From: Trichinella spiralis
Lineage: Eukaryota
DNA length: 64,000 nucleotides
Direction of reading: 5' to 3'
Assembly: GCF_000181795.1 (NCBI RefSeq)
Contig: NW_003526945.1
Location: forward strand, 1,106,591 to 1,170,590
The notes under the pieces are model-generated. The model ran no database searches, was not told where the DNA came from, and saw only the letters and a list, made by a program, of their open reading frames with translations. The position numbers and the translations under genes were made by a program. Shown here one piece after another: positions 52,501 through 62,726 of this stretch (its first letter is position 1; each line of letters begins with the position of its first letter).

Positions 52501-53402
52501 TTTAAAACAACTAAAAACTAACCACTACTGCTAATTGTGATAATTACCTACACTGTTAAAAATTTTGATTTAAAAAATGTACAAAAGTGTTAATTAATTA
52601 ATTAATTAAAAAAATTACAATTATCTATATTAGGTATCATATAACTATCATAATACTTAATAACTGACACAATTATATACATCTTTTAATTAATGTTTGC
52701 ATATTGAGCATAAATGAAAAATAAAAATACCTTTATTAGCAGTATTTGATTGATAAGATAATCAAATTACAAAACAAATTTAAAGTATAAAATTATTGCA
52801 AAAAACCAAATTTAAAAATTACTATACTAAACAAAAAATTACGTAGATAATATAATAAAAATATAATTAAAAAGTATTATTATAAAAAAAACAATTAAAT
52901 ATTAATTGAAAAAACATTAGTTATATATGCTGAAAAGAAAAAAAAATAAAAACATTTGTACAGTAGACATGTGACTTGATAATCTGTTCCTGAGTATATT
53001 TAACTAAGTGATATTGTAATTAAAACCACCCACGCAAAAACAACAACCAATGAAAAATTAGATTGCCGTAGGCCAAATCTGACCACTCAGCACGCGCGTA
53101 GTGAAGAAATGTTACTCGAAAGAAAAAACGATACATGTAAAACAAGCGTAACCTTTGAAACGTAACGATTGAAAATGAAATTTCACAATCATTAGTAATT
53201 AAATTTGAGCCTAATTAATACTTTGGAATTAACTGAGTTTTGTAAATTTGAAAATCCTACCTTTTGCAATCGCCAAGACGGACAGCATTGATTCTTCTTC
53301 AGTAGACCCAGATTCGTTGCTAATCATCTCTGCCGTTATTTCTTCTGAATCATCGACATCGTTGGCTTGCATATTTTTATTTGCTGACAATGATGTAGAC
53401 AT
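16765..53402 (-). CDS. vab-10: Spectraplakin, B (MACF/Shot-like) isoform: CH1-CH2, plakin with SH3, spectrin-repeat rod, 2 EF hands, GAR/GAS2 domain, basic tail; roughly 40 exons
   Basis: Exon 1 is 53402-53261 (MSTSLSANK). CH1 exons are 51199-51138 ([15 protein letters not shown]), 47112-47023 ([23 protein letters not shown]), 46965-46888 and 46827-46735 ([31 protein letters not shown]). CH2 starts at 43079 ([23 protein letters not shown]). Plakin/SH3 spans 37.9-42 kb. A phase-0 splice joins 37913 to 28121. Spectrin repeats span 18.2-28.1 kb. EF hands are [12 protein letters not shown] and [12 protein letters not shown]. The GAR exon 17581-17692 reads [31 protein letters not shown]. Confidence 0.93.
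28995..29320. repeat. Compound trinucleotide microsatellite (AGC/AGT/AAC, GAA, GAG) in the vab-10A 3' UTR region / vab-10B intron
   Basis: Direct reading. It explains the spurious poly-S/L/A/C ORFs in the ORF track. Confidence 0.9.
29574..36554 (-). CDS. vab-10: vab-10 A-isoform (plectin-like) terminal exon, 6981 nt: ER/K single alpha helix followed by many plectin/plakin repeats
   Basis: The acceptor ttgcag|GAG at 36554 is phase 0 and compatible with the donor GAG|GTAAGT at 37913. Plectin-repeat motifs recur (DPxTGERLSLxEAxxxGLID), and the stop is at 29574. Confidence 0.92.
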   Translation of the reverse strand, partial: EEERQKRAQDEAARRAEEEARRRAEEEAERLRRLKEEEERRRRAAEEEAERLRRLREQEEARRAAEEARRRAEEEARRLAEAEARRRAEEEARRRADEEARRRAEEEARRRAEEEARRRAEEEARRRAEAEARRRAEEEARRRAEEEARRRAEEEEARRKAQEAALRRAAEEAERLRLQRAREDELRRAEEEARRRAKQAEEEAAARLRAEEEARRRAEEEARRRAEAEAAQRRADAEARRRADEEARRRADEEARRRADEEARRRAEEEARRRAEEEARRRAEEEARRRQLPKLDIKTGRQFGEAMEWGEAGELEETGDLAGVVKVSEHEDDMIMYAEETEIRTKFFELEAVKHLQTGEILTFVEAARQGVLDLKSGEFFDVTSGSRMSLEEAVRRGFVSQSLTECLNSEYGIHDPETRESITLMEAIRRGIYDPELRQLKNPRTGELLSLFDASTLGVITMDNVHRLIKMGILKLPPLHLQQAIEQAVIDLQTGTFIGRFSRETLPLTEALRNGYVTLSPTTQPGIGIALTECIEQRFIDANTGVFDDRVTGEKISLRDAVSKKTGLVNLHYREVVNTAERRRVTVEDALFRNVLNTRLGNYTDTQHRQTISLSEAYERELIQQPLTLFDVNARGLIDSTGRFVDAGTKRRMVLLEAIADGLLEPDVPHIVDSDEGDVVSIAVALERGLLTPTGEYVQHDPLRTISIQEAVNKSLIVSPLRYSFFDIKGIKDTKANRTLSFNEALDAGVIVLSSRRLVDTATNDSYMLDEIPQDCSIVDSAVLSVLNRPSGLIKKDHHHQSSRSTSATATAELTVLEAVARGVIDSKKAVLLNSRQQHFSPRQAYESGLISLRGALLMSALFNVHPGLVMPSGGASGKSSRSSARKRTPRRARDFAAQPGLKMTLAEALHQGLVDPLKQTVVEDGREMTLQQAVDFGFIDTSTQWIVPDQGNKGPTIQESQSEEVTETSQVLAPKDTTDKHVEETVTTVKRQRITETTAVGGGAGSGVSAYRAITSRGQGGRLVVPVEGMHIYDAQRKGLLDLNTGMLTVPDVDRKLTFEEAIDLGIVNSGHLQVRGGRRGALNAAEAIEQGLLDPTGFHVDPLTKERRSLQAAIDADLVLVEPESLPDTRQSTKVIQFGLGASRGGAVLSFNPTGTSTREESELGWSFNSTTGEVVDEQTGERFSLDEALRRGKVAEEDFRVVDALTERELTFSDAEKWGVIESTSKMYVNKRDARVCSLQEAAKQGLLFYVLGMPQYARDTVETRVRRQSRRVVSNKESALAGPAAFVDYSLQKVIDLGWYDSTSGLFTHPDTKKQMSLRQAIIRGLFNPYECSIRHPATGERMALLDAIQVGLIDADRGLVVDSRSGRTYDLRQACQEGIICSGVVPQSLEAAIACGRLDLSAGTVSFPDGRTALSLHDAVASGVIDPASIRVLDPASGREMSFAEAVAERVVNLSRGLVLNKSTGEASSLIQAIRSGTLKPVASADTRRYSSSAAGSQEQQLLATSGTFFGSLTTAGGDVAKTSVAAAAAAGREEMVDIGGKQVMVKVIRDEQGVEKGEYVDPETKMKFTIQLHGDPYTTRAQTSVKSTAQVQSVELSPFVELVGIDKVLDKRTGRVMTLAEAQRAGLASVDRKGKQLTKSYAVFRSDLAHALAKGVVDPTTGERLSLEDAIKSRLIDIGNLVLWHPDSSSMDLAQAANVGLIDVTLAEVLPKGVCHPVSGERISTKRAIELKIINARTGEVCNPYSNERLTWLSIVKPVYASLVMEGVYDPRKGYAVPLSRALIEGLIDARARTYCNPITGEVLSLEEASGHGLVDEGTYKLILQPLIRDYRRTAAGEEMLCLLDAVRVGLVDPHARTVVVDRGATVPIANAVREGKFPRELGRLMRRVDKWTFAEALGQGLIDVAANQFTDPDSGQKLTIAAALQQGYIDTGSVEALEGADERNLSNVLESDEFDEHSGRIRDRRTGLYLTFKQAIERGIIDGDSLIYDVTAGRALTLNEALLKGRIDNSGKFVDSKTAARVSLKDAARVGLLALIASPMLAGQAAAEAIKRREAEGYRFAVEPVSSGGGGGAGGAGAGAGAAAASSSGPNAAADLASSSEYHRTLRQTTTTTTTTPISLSSTLAGKTDVTSDADITTAAAAAAAAAAAGCASPSSRLSSAQLQQGEQMKTKEDASLLQSRFFDELRRQNLKPSEWEVFNPATSQSQTLEDAVESGLLDLVSGELIDPNSGQHYSIPKAVHLRWLSPAAGNAMMASLNKIIEQRTGERPDISTAATPGLLVYTREVSWRGQPSELRASDGDLPITGVRRLHYDDSGTL
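35685..36554 (-). repeat. Coding 24-bp tandem repeat encoding (EEEARRRA)n, ~290 aa
   Basis: Plus-strand unit ~tcagctctacgcctagcttcctcc repeated with synonymous variation. Confidence 0.9.
43989..44984 (-). CDS. vab-10: Probable alternative first exon of vab-10 (332 codons; Ser/Gly/His/Gln-rich, with a transmembrane segment) splicing to the CH2 exon
   Basis: An open frame of 996 nt runs from ATG 44984 to AAA|GTAAAC at 43989. The donor is phase 0, matching the phase-0 acceptor at 43079. It is GC-richer than the surrounding intron and encodes the hydrophobic stretch [27 protein letters not shown] followed by KILKSYHRK. Confidence 0.65.
49484..49537. repeat. (GA)n microsatellite in a vab-10 intron
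   Basis: Direct reading. Confidence 0.95.
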
Positions 53403-54330
53403 CTGGAAAAAACTGTAACATATAAGTGAAAATAAAAATAAGATGACGCGTTGCCACGCCCGCGGTGTGTCATGTCGACAAGACGATTTCGACGGAAGTG
53501 GGTTCGTAAAATGTCAGCCCCAGATTTGGTGGAGAAGAAACGATACGTGCGGCTCGAAGCGGACGCTACTGGCGATGCAAACGCGCGAAGCGCGTCCAAC
53601 CGGAAAACAAGCTACAAAGCGAAATACGGGCAGCGTGAATAAGCCGAACACACTGCACGCAGCGTGGCACGTATTTCACCGGCAGACTGTTTACCCACAG
53701 GCGGGCGCGCATAGACATACACATACACACACACACCCACACACATACGCGCGCGTACGGGCCTACGGGCGGTCGGGCGAACACACACACGACACAACCA
53801 TGACAACGGCTGCGGCCCCCAATATTCGTATGCTGCCATACACAAACCGCAGACATTACTATGGAACATACGGGTCACGACCTTGCACCATAGACGACTA
53901 CCTAAAACAAAAAAAAAAAACAACTAATAAACAACTAAGCAAAACCGTTCGTCATTTCCGCTTCTTTCCGAACTTGGCCACAATCGACAACCACTACTCG
54001 CGTTTAAGTCGAAAAAATAAAAATATTTTTTTAATAATTAAAAATTTAATAAAGAAAAAAAACATAAATCAGTTTTTATTACCGTCGGTCGAAGCTGGCG
54101 ACGAGGGCGCGACCGAACGAAGCGTCGAACGAAAGTGCCACCGCGCGCGACGAGCACAAACAACCAGAGTGAACGGCGCACCCGATGGACACAGCCAGGT
54201 TGGTCACTAACTGCACTCAAGTACCTACTGTAACATTTGGGGAACATTTGCATAATGCCTGTTGAAAAAAACAAATGAGCAACCAAAAAAAACAACTGCC
54301 TTCAAATTACACTCACAAATAGTACCTGTT
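53403..54330 (-). promoter_or_regulatory. CpG/GC-rich 5' region of vab-10 with splice acceptor TTTTCCAG immediately before the ATG
   Basis: There is a sharp rise in GC/CpG (53445-53880, 54085-54210) against the extremely AT-rich 52.2-53.0 kb. The acceptor at 53403-53410 could be cis- or SL trans-spliced. Confidence 0.5.
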
Positions 54331-55640
54331 TACTTTTCGAAATCGACCCGAGAAAAATGAACACTCCTTCTACGTCAAATTAACATACATCGGTGAAAAA
54401 TATGACAACGCGACATTATACTGTCGGTGCAAAAAATATATATATATTGGATTTAGTCTGAAAAATTTAATTGAAAATAATTTTTCTATCCAAACAACAC
54501 TACAAAAGTGAAGGACGTTCATCTCGTCAGCCGGGACAATTTTCAACAAATAATGTAGTGGTTAATTTTGGCTTCAAAAATAATTTCCGCTCGTAAATTG
54601 TGAAAATTTTGAAATTTGAATGCAAATTTTCCACTAAACATTCGTCGAACTTCGACAAAGTACAGTACAGGCGAATTTTGAATTTGACCTTGAAATGGGG
54701 AAAATGAAACATTGGCACGTCGAAAATAACTTAATTTCACGATTACATGCCACAGTGTACGGTAATTCGGAAAATATTTTTTTATGCAAATTTCAAGCCC
54801 AATTATGAATCATATTTTGGGGAAAAATAAGAAAAAAAATTATAAACACATAATTGATTGAGAAGGAACCAGTTTTGATAATTTCAACTCGTAACCTGCG
54901 GAAACAACAACCAACAAATTTACTTGTACATCAAAAATTTTGAAAAAAATACTTATTAAATAATATTATTGAAAAAAAATATAAATATTTATTTTTTGAT
55001 TTATTTTTTCAAATATTTTTTTGAGAATTAATCCATGCCAGAGATGAGCATCGTTCGGATCGGTGCGACACGTTCAACTGCAGCCAATCTACCTACCATA
55101 TTCGCACTGCTTATCTATGTTTTTCATATGAAAATTTTTTTAATAATATTTTTAATCAATTACTTTTTCTCAAATTAAAACTGACACCACAATATTGACG
55201 TTGATTACCGCAAGCAGTGTTCAACTAGTCGAAAAGGTACACGAATAATAACCAATGTATCATGTATATATATACACTGGAGAAGTTGAAAATTTTTTTA
55301 ATAATTACTTCATTCATTGAACTGTTTGAAATTTTATTACTAATATATTTTACCGGTCTAACATACTGTAGAGCAACGTGAAAAACGTTTCGTTCAAAAA
55401 CCACTTCCCGATTGTTGCTTGACAAAGCTGTCCCGAGCGTTCATCCAAAAATAACTACATCACTTGGAATTATTAATTATTATTTTTTGAACTTTTTGTT
55501 AAAATATAAGAATCCAACTTTTTATTGATTCCATCCATTCAAGTTTGCATTTCTTTTTTTTAAATAATACACGAATGAACAATGTTTTGCACAGATAAAG
55601 TTCGATTTTTTTCATCATTTTCTTGAAAATGATCTTCTGC

Positions 55641-55680
55641 TGTCGTGCTTAGTATAGAAGTGTCGTGCTTAGTATAGAAG
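55641..55680. repeat. Perfect 20-bp tandem duplication TGTCGTGCTTAGTATAGAAG x2
   Basis: Direct reading. Confidence 0.95.
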
Positions 55681-56319
55681 ATAAAATTTCAAACGCTAAT
55701 AAGTTCATTGAATAATTTTCATTGCAGTATTCAATGCAACGATAAATTTAACGGTAGTTTTTCTGTTTGATAGATCAACGTTAAAGTATCTGGCAAAATA
55801 TTTTTCATGGAAATTATTGAAAACTGACAAACTCATACATACATTTTTTTTCTCTTATCTATTAAATATATTCACGTGTGTTTTTTCCACTATTCATTAC
55901 ACATCATGATATTTTATGCTTGTATACTTGTTTTAATATTTAGCGAACTTTTATTTTCACTTATTATTAAAAGGCGGTTAATCTTGCAGAAACAGTTCTG
56001 TTTCTTCAAATTTTGTGGAGAATGAAAAAATTACAAAAATAATGTGGAAAATTTGCGTAAGAATATGAAAAAAATTGAATATCGAGGTTAAGGATTGCAA
56101 CGTTCCAATTAAAACATACCATTGGATAAAGCAAGAAAGCTGATGCATGTAAGTGTTGGAATAATTTTTTTTTCTTTTATATAATTTTACCGTTGATACG
56201 CTCAATTTAACTAAATACATTTGTAATTTGATGCCGAATGTGTGTTCATTGAAATTAATTTGCATATTTATGTTGAACTAAATGATAAGCAAAAGCTCGA
56301 AATTAAAAGTTGGATTTCA

Positions 56320-56590
56320 AGCAACGGTTGAAATAGTCGGTCTTGATTGTCCGAAGCGACACAGCATTTGAAATCTGATTCTGCTGAAGGAATATGATAG
56401 GTTGTCCGTAGGCTGTCAACGGCAAGGCCCTCCACCTTTTTCCAGTTGGCGGCGTCCATGTATCATGATGGACACTTTTCCTATACTATAAGGACCAGAA
56501 ACGTCAAACACCAGAGATAAAAGGAAGCGATCTGTGAAGCAATTTGGTCAGAGTGTTCGGTGTCATCATGCGCTGCTTTGCTGACGTGTT
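56320..56590 (-). mobile_element. Possible highly degenerate 3' fragment of a non-LTR retrotransposon (RTE-like)
   Basis: This GC-richer island reads WTPPTGKRWRALPLT in one frame and QDRLF downstream in another. That resembles the W.P..GKR.RGRP...AQDR..W tail of RTE-clade ORFs. The frame is broken by stops and frameshifts. Confidence 0.3.
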
Positions 56591-56755
56591 GGCTATATTT
56601 ATAACTGCGCTAATATTATAATTCAATAAGTAATTGTATCCTATGTTACATGCTTAAGAATCACTCGGTGGGAATTCAGCTGCAAGATATGGTCTAACTG
56701 TTGCATATATAAAAATTTGTTTTGTAACTTCAAATTGCAACATTTTTTCTTTCAT

Positions 56756-56843
56756 TGACAATGATCTGGACATGTGGCAAAAATTGTAACATATATATGG
56801 AAAGGAAAAATAATAAGATGACGCGTTACCACGCCTGCGGTGT
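56756..56843 (-). pseudogene. Degenerate ~88-bp copy of the vab-10 start-codon region (53385-53468)
   Basis: Copy: tgacaatgatctggacatgtggcaaaaattgtaacatata...aataagatgacgcgttaccacgcctgcggtgt. Original: tgacaatgatgtagacatctggaaaaaactgtaacatata...aataagatgacgcgttgccacgcccgcggtgt. Confidence 0.8.
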
Positions 56844-57746
56844 TTATTTAAATAAGAGAACTTGTAATACAGTACACCTTTTTAAAGTAATTGTTGAATT
56901 AAGAAATTTGCTCGAGAATTTTTTTCATTTTTTATTAACAATTTTCTTAAAACTGCTGCTGTTTTACTTTTTACATATTTTGTATATTGTTTCATATGTA
57001 ATTTCGGTTTTGTCAGTGATTTTTTTTACCTTACTTTGTTTGTAGATTTTTGGCCGAGTCATTTTCATTTATTTATAAATGATGCATGGCTATGTAAAAA
57101 TTGTTTCACTTATCAACGCCATAAATCTCTGATTACCTGTCAGTAATTTCGGTTGATAAAAATAGTTGAAACTAATTTCTGATGAAAACTTCAATGCAAC
57201 ATTTTCATAAGCATATTTCTCATCCGGTCTTTTTGTTAATAATCTGCATACGGTAATACGTAAATCTCGAGGAAAACATTTCCAATTTCTGCATTATTGA
57301 TAATTAAGGTTTATTCGTTTGGTGCTTTTCAACTGCACAGTAAAATGTTGACGTAGTTTTCTTCTTCTCTCAAGATATAAACAGTAAGATTATTGATAAA
57401 ATGCCTTATTTCTGACAATATTTTTTCTTAGTCGCGCATTCAACTTATTCCAATGTGCATTGTTTTTTCTTCAAACTTCATCCTATTAAAAATACTATGA
57501 ACTGTTCCAATTGCCTTAAAATTACTTTTATAATTGTGAATTTTTTTTTGTATTGCAACTTTTATTGTACAAGCTGAGATTGTGAAAACTCGTATTGACG
57601 TAACTTAATATTTTTTCCTTTTTTTAATCCAAGTAAAGAATAATTTCACATGCGAATGCTGAAAATTTTACTTCAACTTTTAGTATTGGAAAATTTAGTT
57701 GCTCAATGAAACATTTTCTAAATAAATATTTGATGGTTGAAATTGT

Positions 57747-58731
57747 TTAATGTTTCCGAGCTTTTCGAACGTTGCGTTGTGGGCACGCGCAGTATTGGGC
57801 ATCTTTGCCTGGACCTCCTGGTGGTCCCGGAGGTCCACTAACGCCCGGCAGTCCAGCCTCACCAATCGGCCCAGGAGGTCCTTGTGGACCGGCTTCTCCG
57901 GAAACTCCATTTTTACCAGGTGCTCCTGGTATTCCAGGTGGACCTTCCAAACCTCGCACTCCTGGTGGACCCTGTGGACCTTTTTCACCTTTGCTTCCCA
58001 AAATTCCATCTTTACCAACATCACCTGGTTCTCCTGGTTCACCAACCAGACCCCCTTCTCCAGGTGGTCCTTGCGGCCCTTGTGGTCCAGTGAGACCTTC
58101 TTTTCCATCGGGACCCATATTTCCTTGTGGTCCTTTCGGCCCCTGCAATTGTGATATGATAAATTAACACCGCTTTAAGTTAAAATTGACAAACAAATAT
58201 GTATGAATAAATTACTGGAGGTCCACGAATACCAGCTTGTCCTGGAACACCTTTGTCACCGGGTAAACAAACTCGGCAAGATTCAGGCTCTTTCATTTCT
58301 ATTTCTGGAACGATTCCAGGCAATCCAGGACTACCTCGAGCACCTTGTTTGCCAACATCTCCGTTGCGACCTGGCTCTCCTGGCGGTCCAGGTGGTCCAG
58401 GTGGACATGTATTCTCTTCGTGACACTCGCACAAGCCACTCTCAACTTGACGGGCTTTACGGCTAACTGTAGGCTGAGATATTATACTTAATTCTGAAAG
58501 CGCATCTTCTGAAATTGCCTGAAATGGATATGTGAATTTAAACAAGTGCAACTTTCGCGATTCAACGAAAAAACAACAACATACACGAAAGTTGTCCAAT
58601 TCTGCTTCCATATTTTGTTGCATGATAGAACCTCTCTGAAAGATGATTGGAATGGTAACGAACGTTGCCATGATAGAAATTATGCTCAATGTTATGGCGA
58701 GTGAAGATATAAAGTCAGCGGATGTAGTCAT
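57747..58731 (-). CDS. Nematode cuticle collagen; exons 58731-58585, 58518-58216, 58142-57747
   Basis: It has an N-terminal hydrophobic anchor, an RKAR furin/BLI-4-type site, a CEC...CPPGPPG Cys block, interrupted Gly-X-Y repeats and a C-terminal YCACPQR. Confidence 0.95.
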
Positions 58732-60874
58732 GTTGATTGTTTCGAAATGGAATGCAAGGTTTGTTGTAATGAGGGAACTGCAGAAAGAGAAAATGCGCAG
58801 CGGGTTTATGAAAGAAATCTGTGACCTGATTGGCAATCAGAACGTACAGACGAGTATGGAAGATTGGAACGCCAGAAGCTGTCAGAAATTTTCCGCTAGA
58901 CTTTTGTATTATATCCAGGCGTGAATGTGTCTAATTTCTGTGAGACATTTTCGCAATTAAATTTTTGTCAAGGACTCCAAAAGATGCCTAGTTAGTGCAC
59001 AAAGATCCGTTATATTTCGGTCCAGATCAAAAATAAAACTTGCTTTTCCACTACCGCTATATGCAATTATCACACATTGGCATAGAAAGCATTTCTAGCG
59101 TAACAATTTCATTTTGGTCATTGATGACCTATTGCCATAATTATTTTTGAAATATTTTCCTTTTTTTAATTCCATGCAAAAAATTTACCCACAGCTGTGT
59201 TTAATTTTTTTCAGATATTTTTATGCACATTTCTTAATTACTTGCTTTTCTTTTGATGACTGTAGGTTACATAAAACAGGTTCTTTTTTTTGTTATTTTT
59301 TGTCATTACAAATTTTGAAACAATAAACAAACAATAATGTAATAATTTAAAAATATCCACATATTATTCTTTTCAACTGAAAAAATATTTTCACTCTTGT
59401 TATTGTTATTAGCGTAAATTAATAATAGCTAAATTACAAATAAACAAATGCTTTATTAATTTTAAATAGAGCATATTGGTGTTGTTAAATGGAGAAAAAT
59501 ATTTCCAATCAGTTTATTTGCCAAAGCAAGTTTCAGTTATGCTTAGTAAGCTGTGACGAACTAATTTACAAACTAGCCGTCATTCGAAATCAACAGAAGA
59601 TGTTTTCATTCTGAAACAATGCATTTTTTAATTGTAAACATGAATATTCTATGCTGATTTTGCTGTGATTTTTTTGTCACGTCGAATTATAATGATATGA
59701 TATGATTGTTGTGCTGTTTTACAAATTTTTCACTTTCAAAGTTTCTGCTATGTGCTTAGTAAAACTGAAAGTGGTTCAGTGCATTGTAAAGTGTAATTAA
59801 TGTCAAAAAAATTGTTTCACAATTAGATTTTATTTAATTAAATTCGACATTAATTGAAACTTATAATATATATTCAAATAGATTAAATTTTATTGGATAA
59901 GACATGTCAGCATGTACATGAATTATAGAAAATGTTATTGAACAAAAACAAGAATATAAATGTTAGTCAACATTTACGTTGAAAAAAGTTACTGCAATAA
60001 ATCCATTTTATTTATTATTGATTTTAAACTTAAAACATACCGTTATGCCAATCTTTTTCTCATTTTGTCATCTTAAATTATTACAAACCCTAATTGCTTA
60101 ATGAATAGAACAAAAATTTTAAATGAAGTGTTTCTTGTGAATTCTTTTCTAAAACGTGAAGATTCGCAGTCGATTCTTCGAAAAATGTAATTTAAATTAT
60201 AATAAAATAAACAAAACAGTTTAATAAGAATATATTCATTTGCTAAAGGAAGACCGATAATTGTCAGTACAGCTGTCATGAAATATCAGAATCACGAATG
60301 ACAAGCAGCGGATGGGGTCATTGCACAGCCCATTTCAAACGTTGGACATTTGGCCACGTCTGTACAGCATTTTGGATAGCTTTACCTTCTCTTCAATTGC
60401 GTCACCCAAAAATTTTCCGAAGATGCAGCCGCGATTTGGTCAACGTGGTCACTTTTGCTTGAACTTGGAAAAAGGCTAACAGGCCAAGCAGTACAGAAAA
60501 TTTTCCAATCTTGATCATTACTTGTAAAGATTGAAAATCAGAGTCCCGTTACCACAGATTGCACATTCACGTGGCTACTTCTTTTCATTTTAAAGGTAAG
60601 TTTTTCATTTTTCAGAATTTTCTCTAAAATTGTCACTAAGCAAATTTTGTAATGTAAAGTTGATAAAATTAGTTCAAATTTATTCGAAACAAATTTTATA
60701 AAATGAGACTTTTGAAATATCCCTTTTTCTTTTAAATAATAATTTATCGAATATGTTTTAAAATAAAATTTCATGAAGAATAGATTCATTCTCTAATAAA
60801 ATGGATTTGTTGTAATAAAACTCTGTTTGTACTATGCATTTTTATAAAATATCTTTTATTATTCAGTTAAAAAT

Positions 60875-61603
60875 ATGAATGGAACAAGAAACAATTTTCC
60901 TATAATAGCAACGGGAAAAAATTTTAAACAAAAAAATTATGCCAGTACTGATTTTGGTTCTTCGGATGTGACATCTACAGTATTTGAAACAGTTGACGAT
61001 GAATCTCAAGAACACGGAAGATGCAATGCTCGTTTAGCAATGGAAGCATGTGATAATAATTTTCAAATCAGTGATCACGAAGACAGTGATTCGTTATTTA
61101 CTGAATTCAGTGATAACCCTTCATCTACGTTGGAAAAGTACAAGCCTCTTAATCGGTTCGAACTGAATCAATTGGGTTTCAGATTGTATGACGAATTTCA
61201 AGAAATTATTCATTTAGCCGACGAATATCAAACATTTGTCGACAACAAAAATTCAGATGAGGACCTTCAAAATCACATCAACTTGAAACTGCGATTTATT
61301 TTAGAACGTTTAGATGTTGAAATTAAACAACTGGAATGGAATATACAAAAAACTATGCAGCATTGTCGTATTCATGACAAGCGACTTCAATGGCTACCGA
61401 TTTATTGTAAATCTTTTAAACGATATAGAAAAATAGTTCGCCGTCTTACAACGGATGTCTTGGATCAAGTGGAAAGAGTGGTAACATTAAAAGCTCGAGG
61501 CTGTGACAACTGTGAAACGCCTTTCAGCATAAAAGCAGCCATTGAAGCCGCTCAAAGATATCTTCAAAAAACTGAATATGAATTGCGAAAAGTTTGTTCA
61601 TGA
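60875..61603 (+). CDS. Intronless 242-aa hypothetical protein (acidic N-half, helical C-half, CDNC motif)
   Basis: Long ORF in very AT-rich surroundings with normal amino-acid composition. An acceptor-like ttattcag lies just upstream of the ATG. Confidence 0.7.
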   Translation: MNGTRNNFPIIATGKNFKQKNYASTDFGSSDVTSTVFETVDDESQEHGRCNARLAMEACDNNFQISDHEDSDSLFTEFSDNPSSTLEKYKPLNRFELNQLGFRLYDEFQEIIHLADEYQTFVDNKNSDEDLQNHINLKLRFILERLDVEIKQLEWNIQKTMQHCRIHDKRLQWLPIYCKSFKRYRKIVRRLTTDVLDQVERVVTLKARGCDNCETPFSIKAAIEAAQRYLQKTEYELRKVCS

Positions 61604-62726
61604 AATCGTTCTTCCCTATGTTCACTTTATTAGCGTTTCTTATTATTATTATTATTATATTCGTTATTAGTGTGTTCGGTTAACATGAAAAACTATAACA
61701 TTTAACTAAATAATATTCCATATATTTCAAGAATACACAATGCTCTAATTAAAAATATTCAAAAGGGCCAGCGTTACGTTGACTGTACAGAATTGCGACC
61801 GACAAACAAGTTAAACGTGATAATCACAACCTTACTGTAAAGATTTTTCAGGTACTAACATAAAATCCTAATAAAAATCGCTGCATTTTTTCAACTTAAA
61901 AAAATATTACACAATTCTGATATATTTTGAATTCACCCACAGTTAATAAAAAATTTCATAAATAAAATAAAAGTGTTTTTTTGATAAGATTGCTGGCACA
62001 ACATGAAATTTTAAAAAATTCATCTTATGAAGAGAGTTGAAAAAATTAAATCAGATCTATGCAATATTTTTTGCTATTTATTTTTGTATTTATAGTGGAA
62101 TACCATTCACGAAAATAGCTTTAAATTTCACAGTCATCACCTTTATTTTAACCATGTTGTGCCTAATAACAAATAACTTGCGAAATTAAATTAATGAAGT
62201 TTTAAGCCACCATTACAACTTATGCCAATGTGCAACACATTAACATGCATTGAAATGGCAAAAACCGTATAATACAATTCGAAACAAACTGTCAAACAAA
62301 GTAGTTGACGTCGTTGGCATTAGTACTTCAAATTTATCATGGATTCTAAAAATATAAAACTAAAAATGAAATAAAAAGATTGCTTAGCCTATTGTAACTA
62401 AGTGTTGTTTCGTTACACTATACTGAAAAATTAAGAAAAATTATTGAATTAATATTAATTATTAAAATTATTGTTTTATAATTAGTTTGTAAATTTAAAA
62501 TAATTTAGAATCAATATTCCAGATTCATGTGCTAAAATCAATATAAACTGCACACTTAGTTAAGATACTATAGAAATACTGTAGTGTGCGACAGCCGATT
62601 TGTACTTTATTTACATATTTGTTGTATTAGTCATTCACTTGGTTAAGTAATTAAAACAGAGATCGATCTTAGTTGGTAATTCTACAAGCGGATAGCGATT
62701 ATTGTCGATTTTATTTTTGCTGAACG

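Noticed and set aside
53443..54210. 255-aa plus-strand ORF
   Set aside because: It runs through CA repeats and A-tracts in a GC-rich promoter-like region and has a non-protein-like composition.
57750..58167. Plus-strand Gly/Pro-rich ORFs resembling collagen
   Set aside because: Antisense mirror of GGN-CCN codons of the minus-strand collagen.
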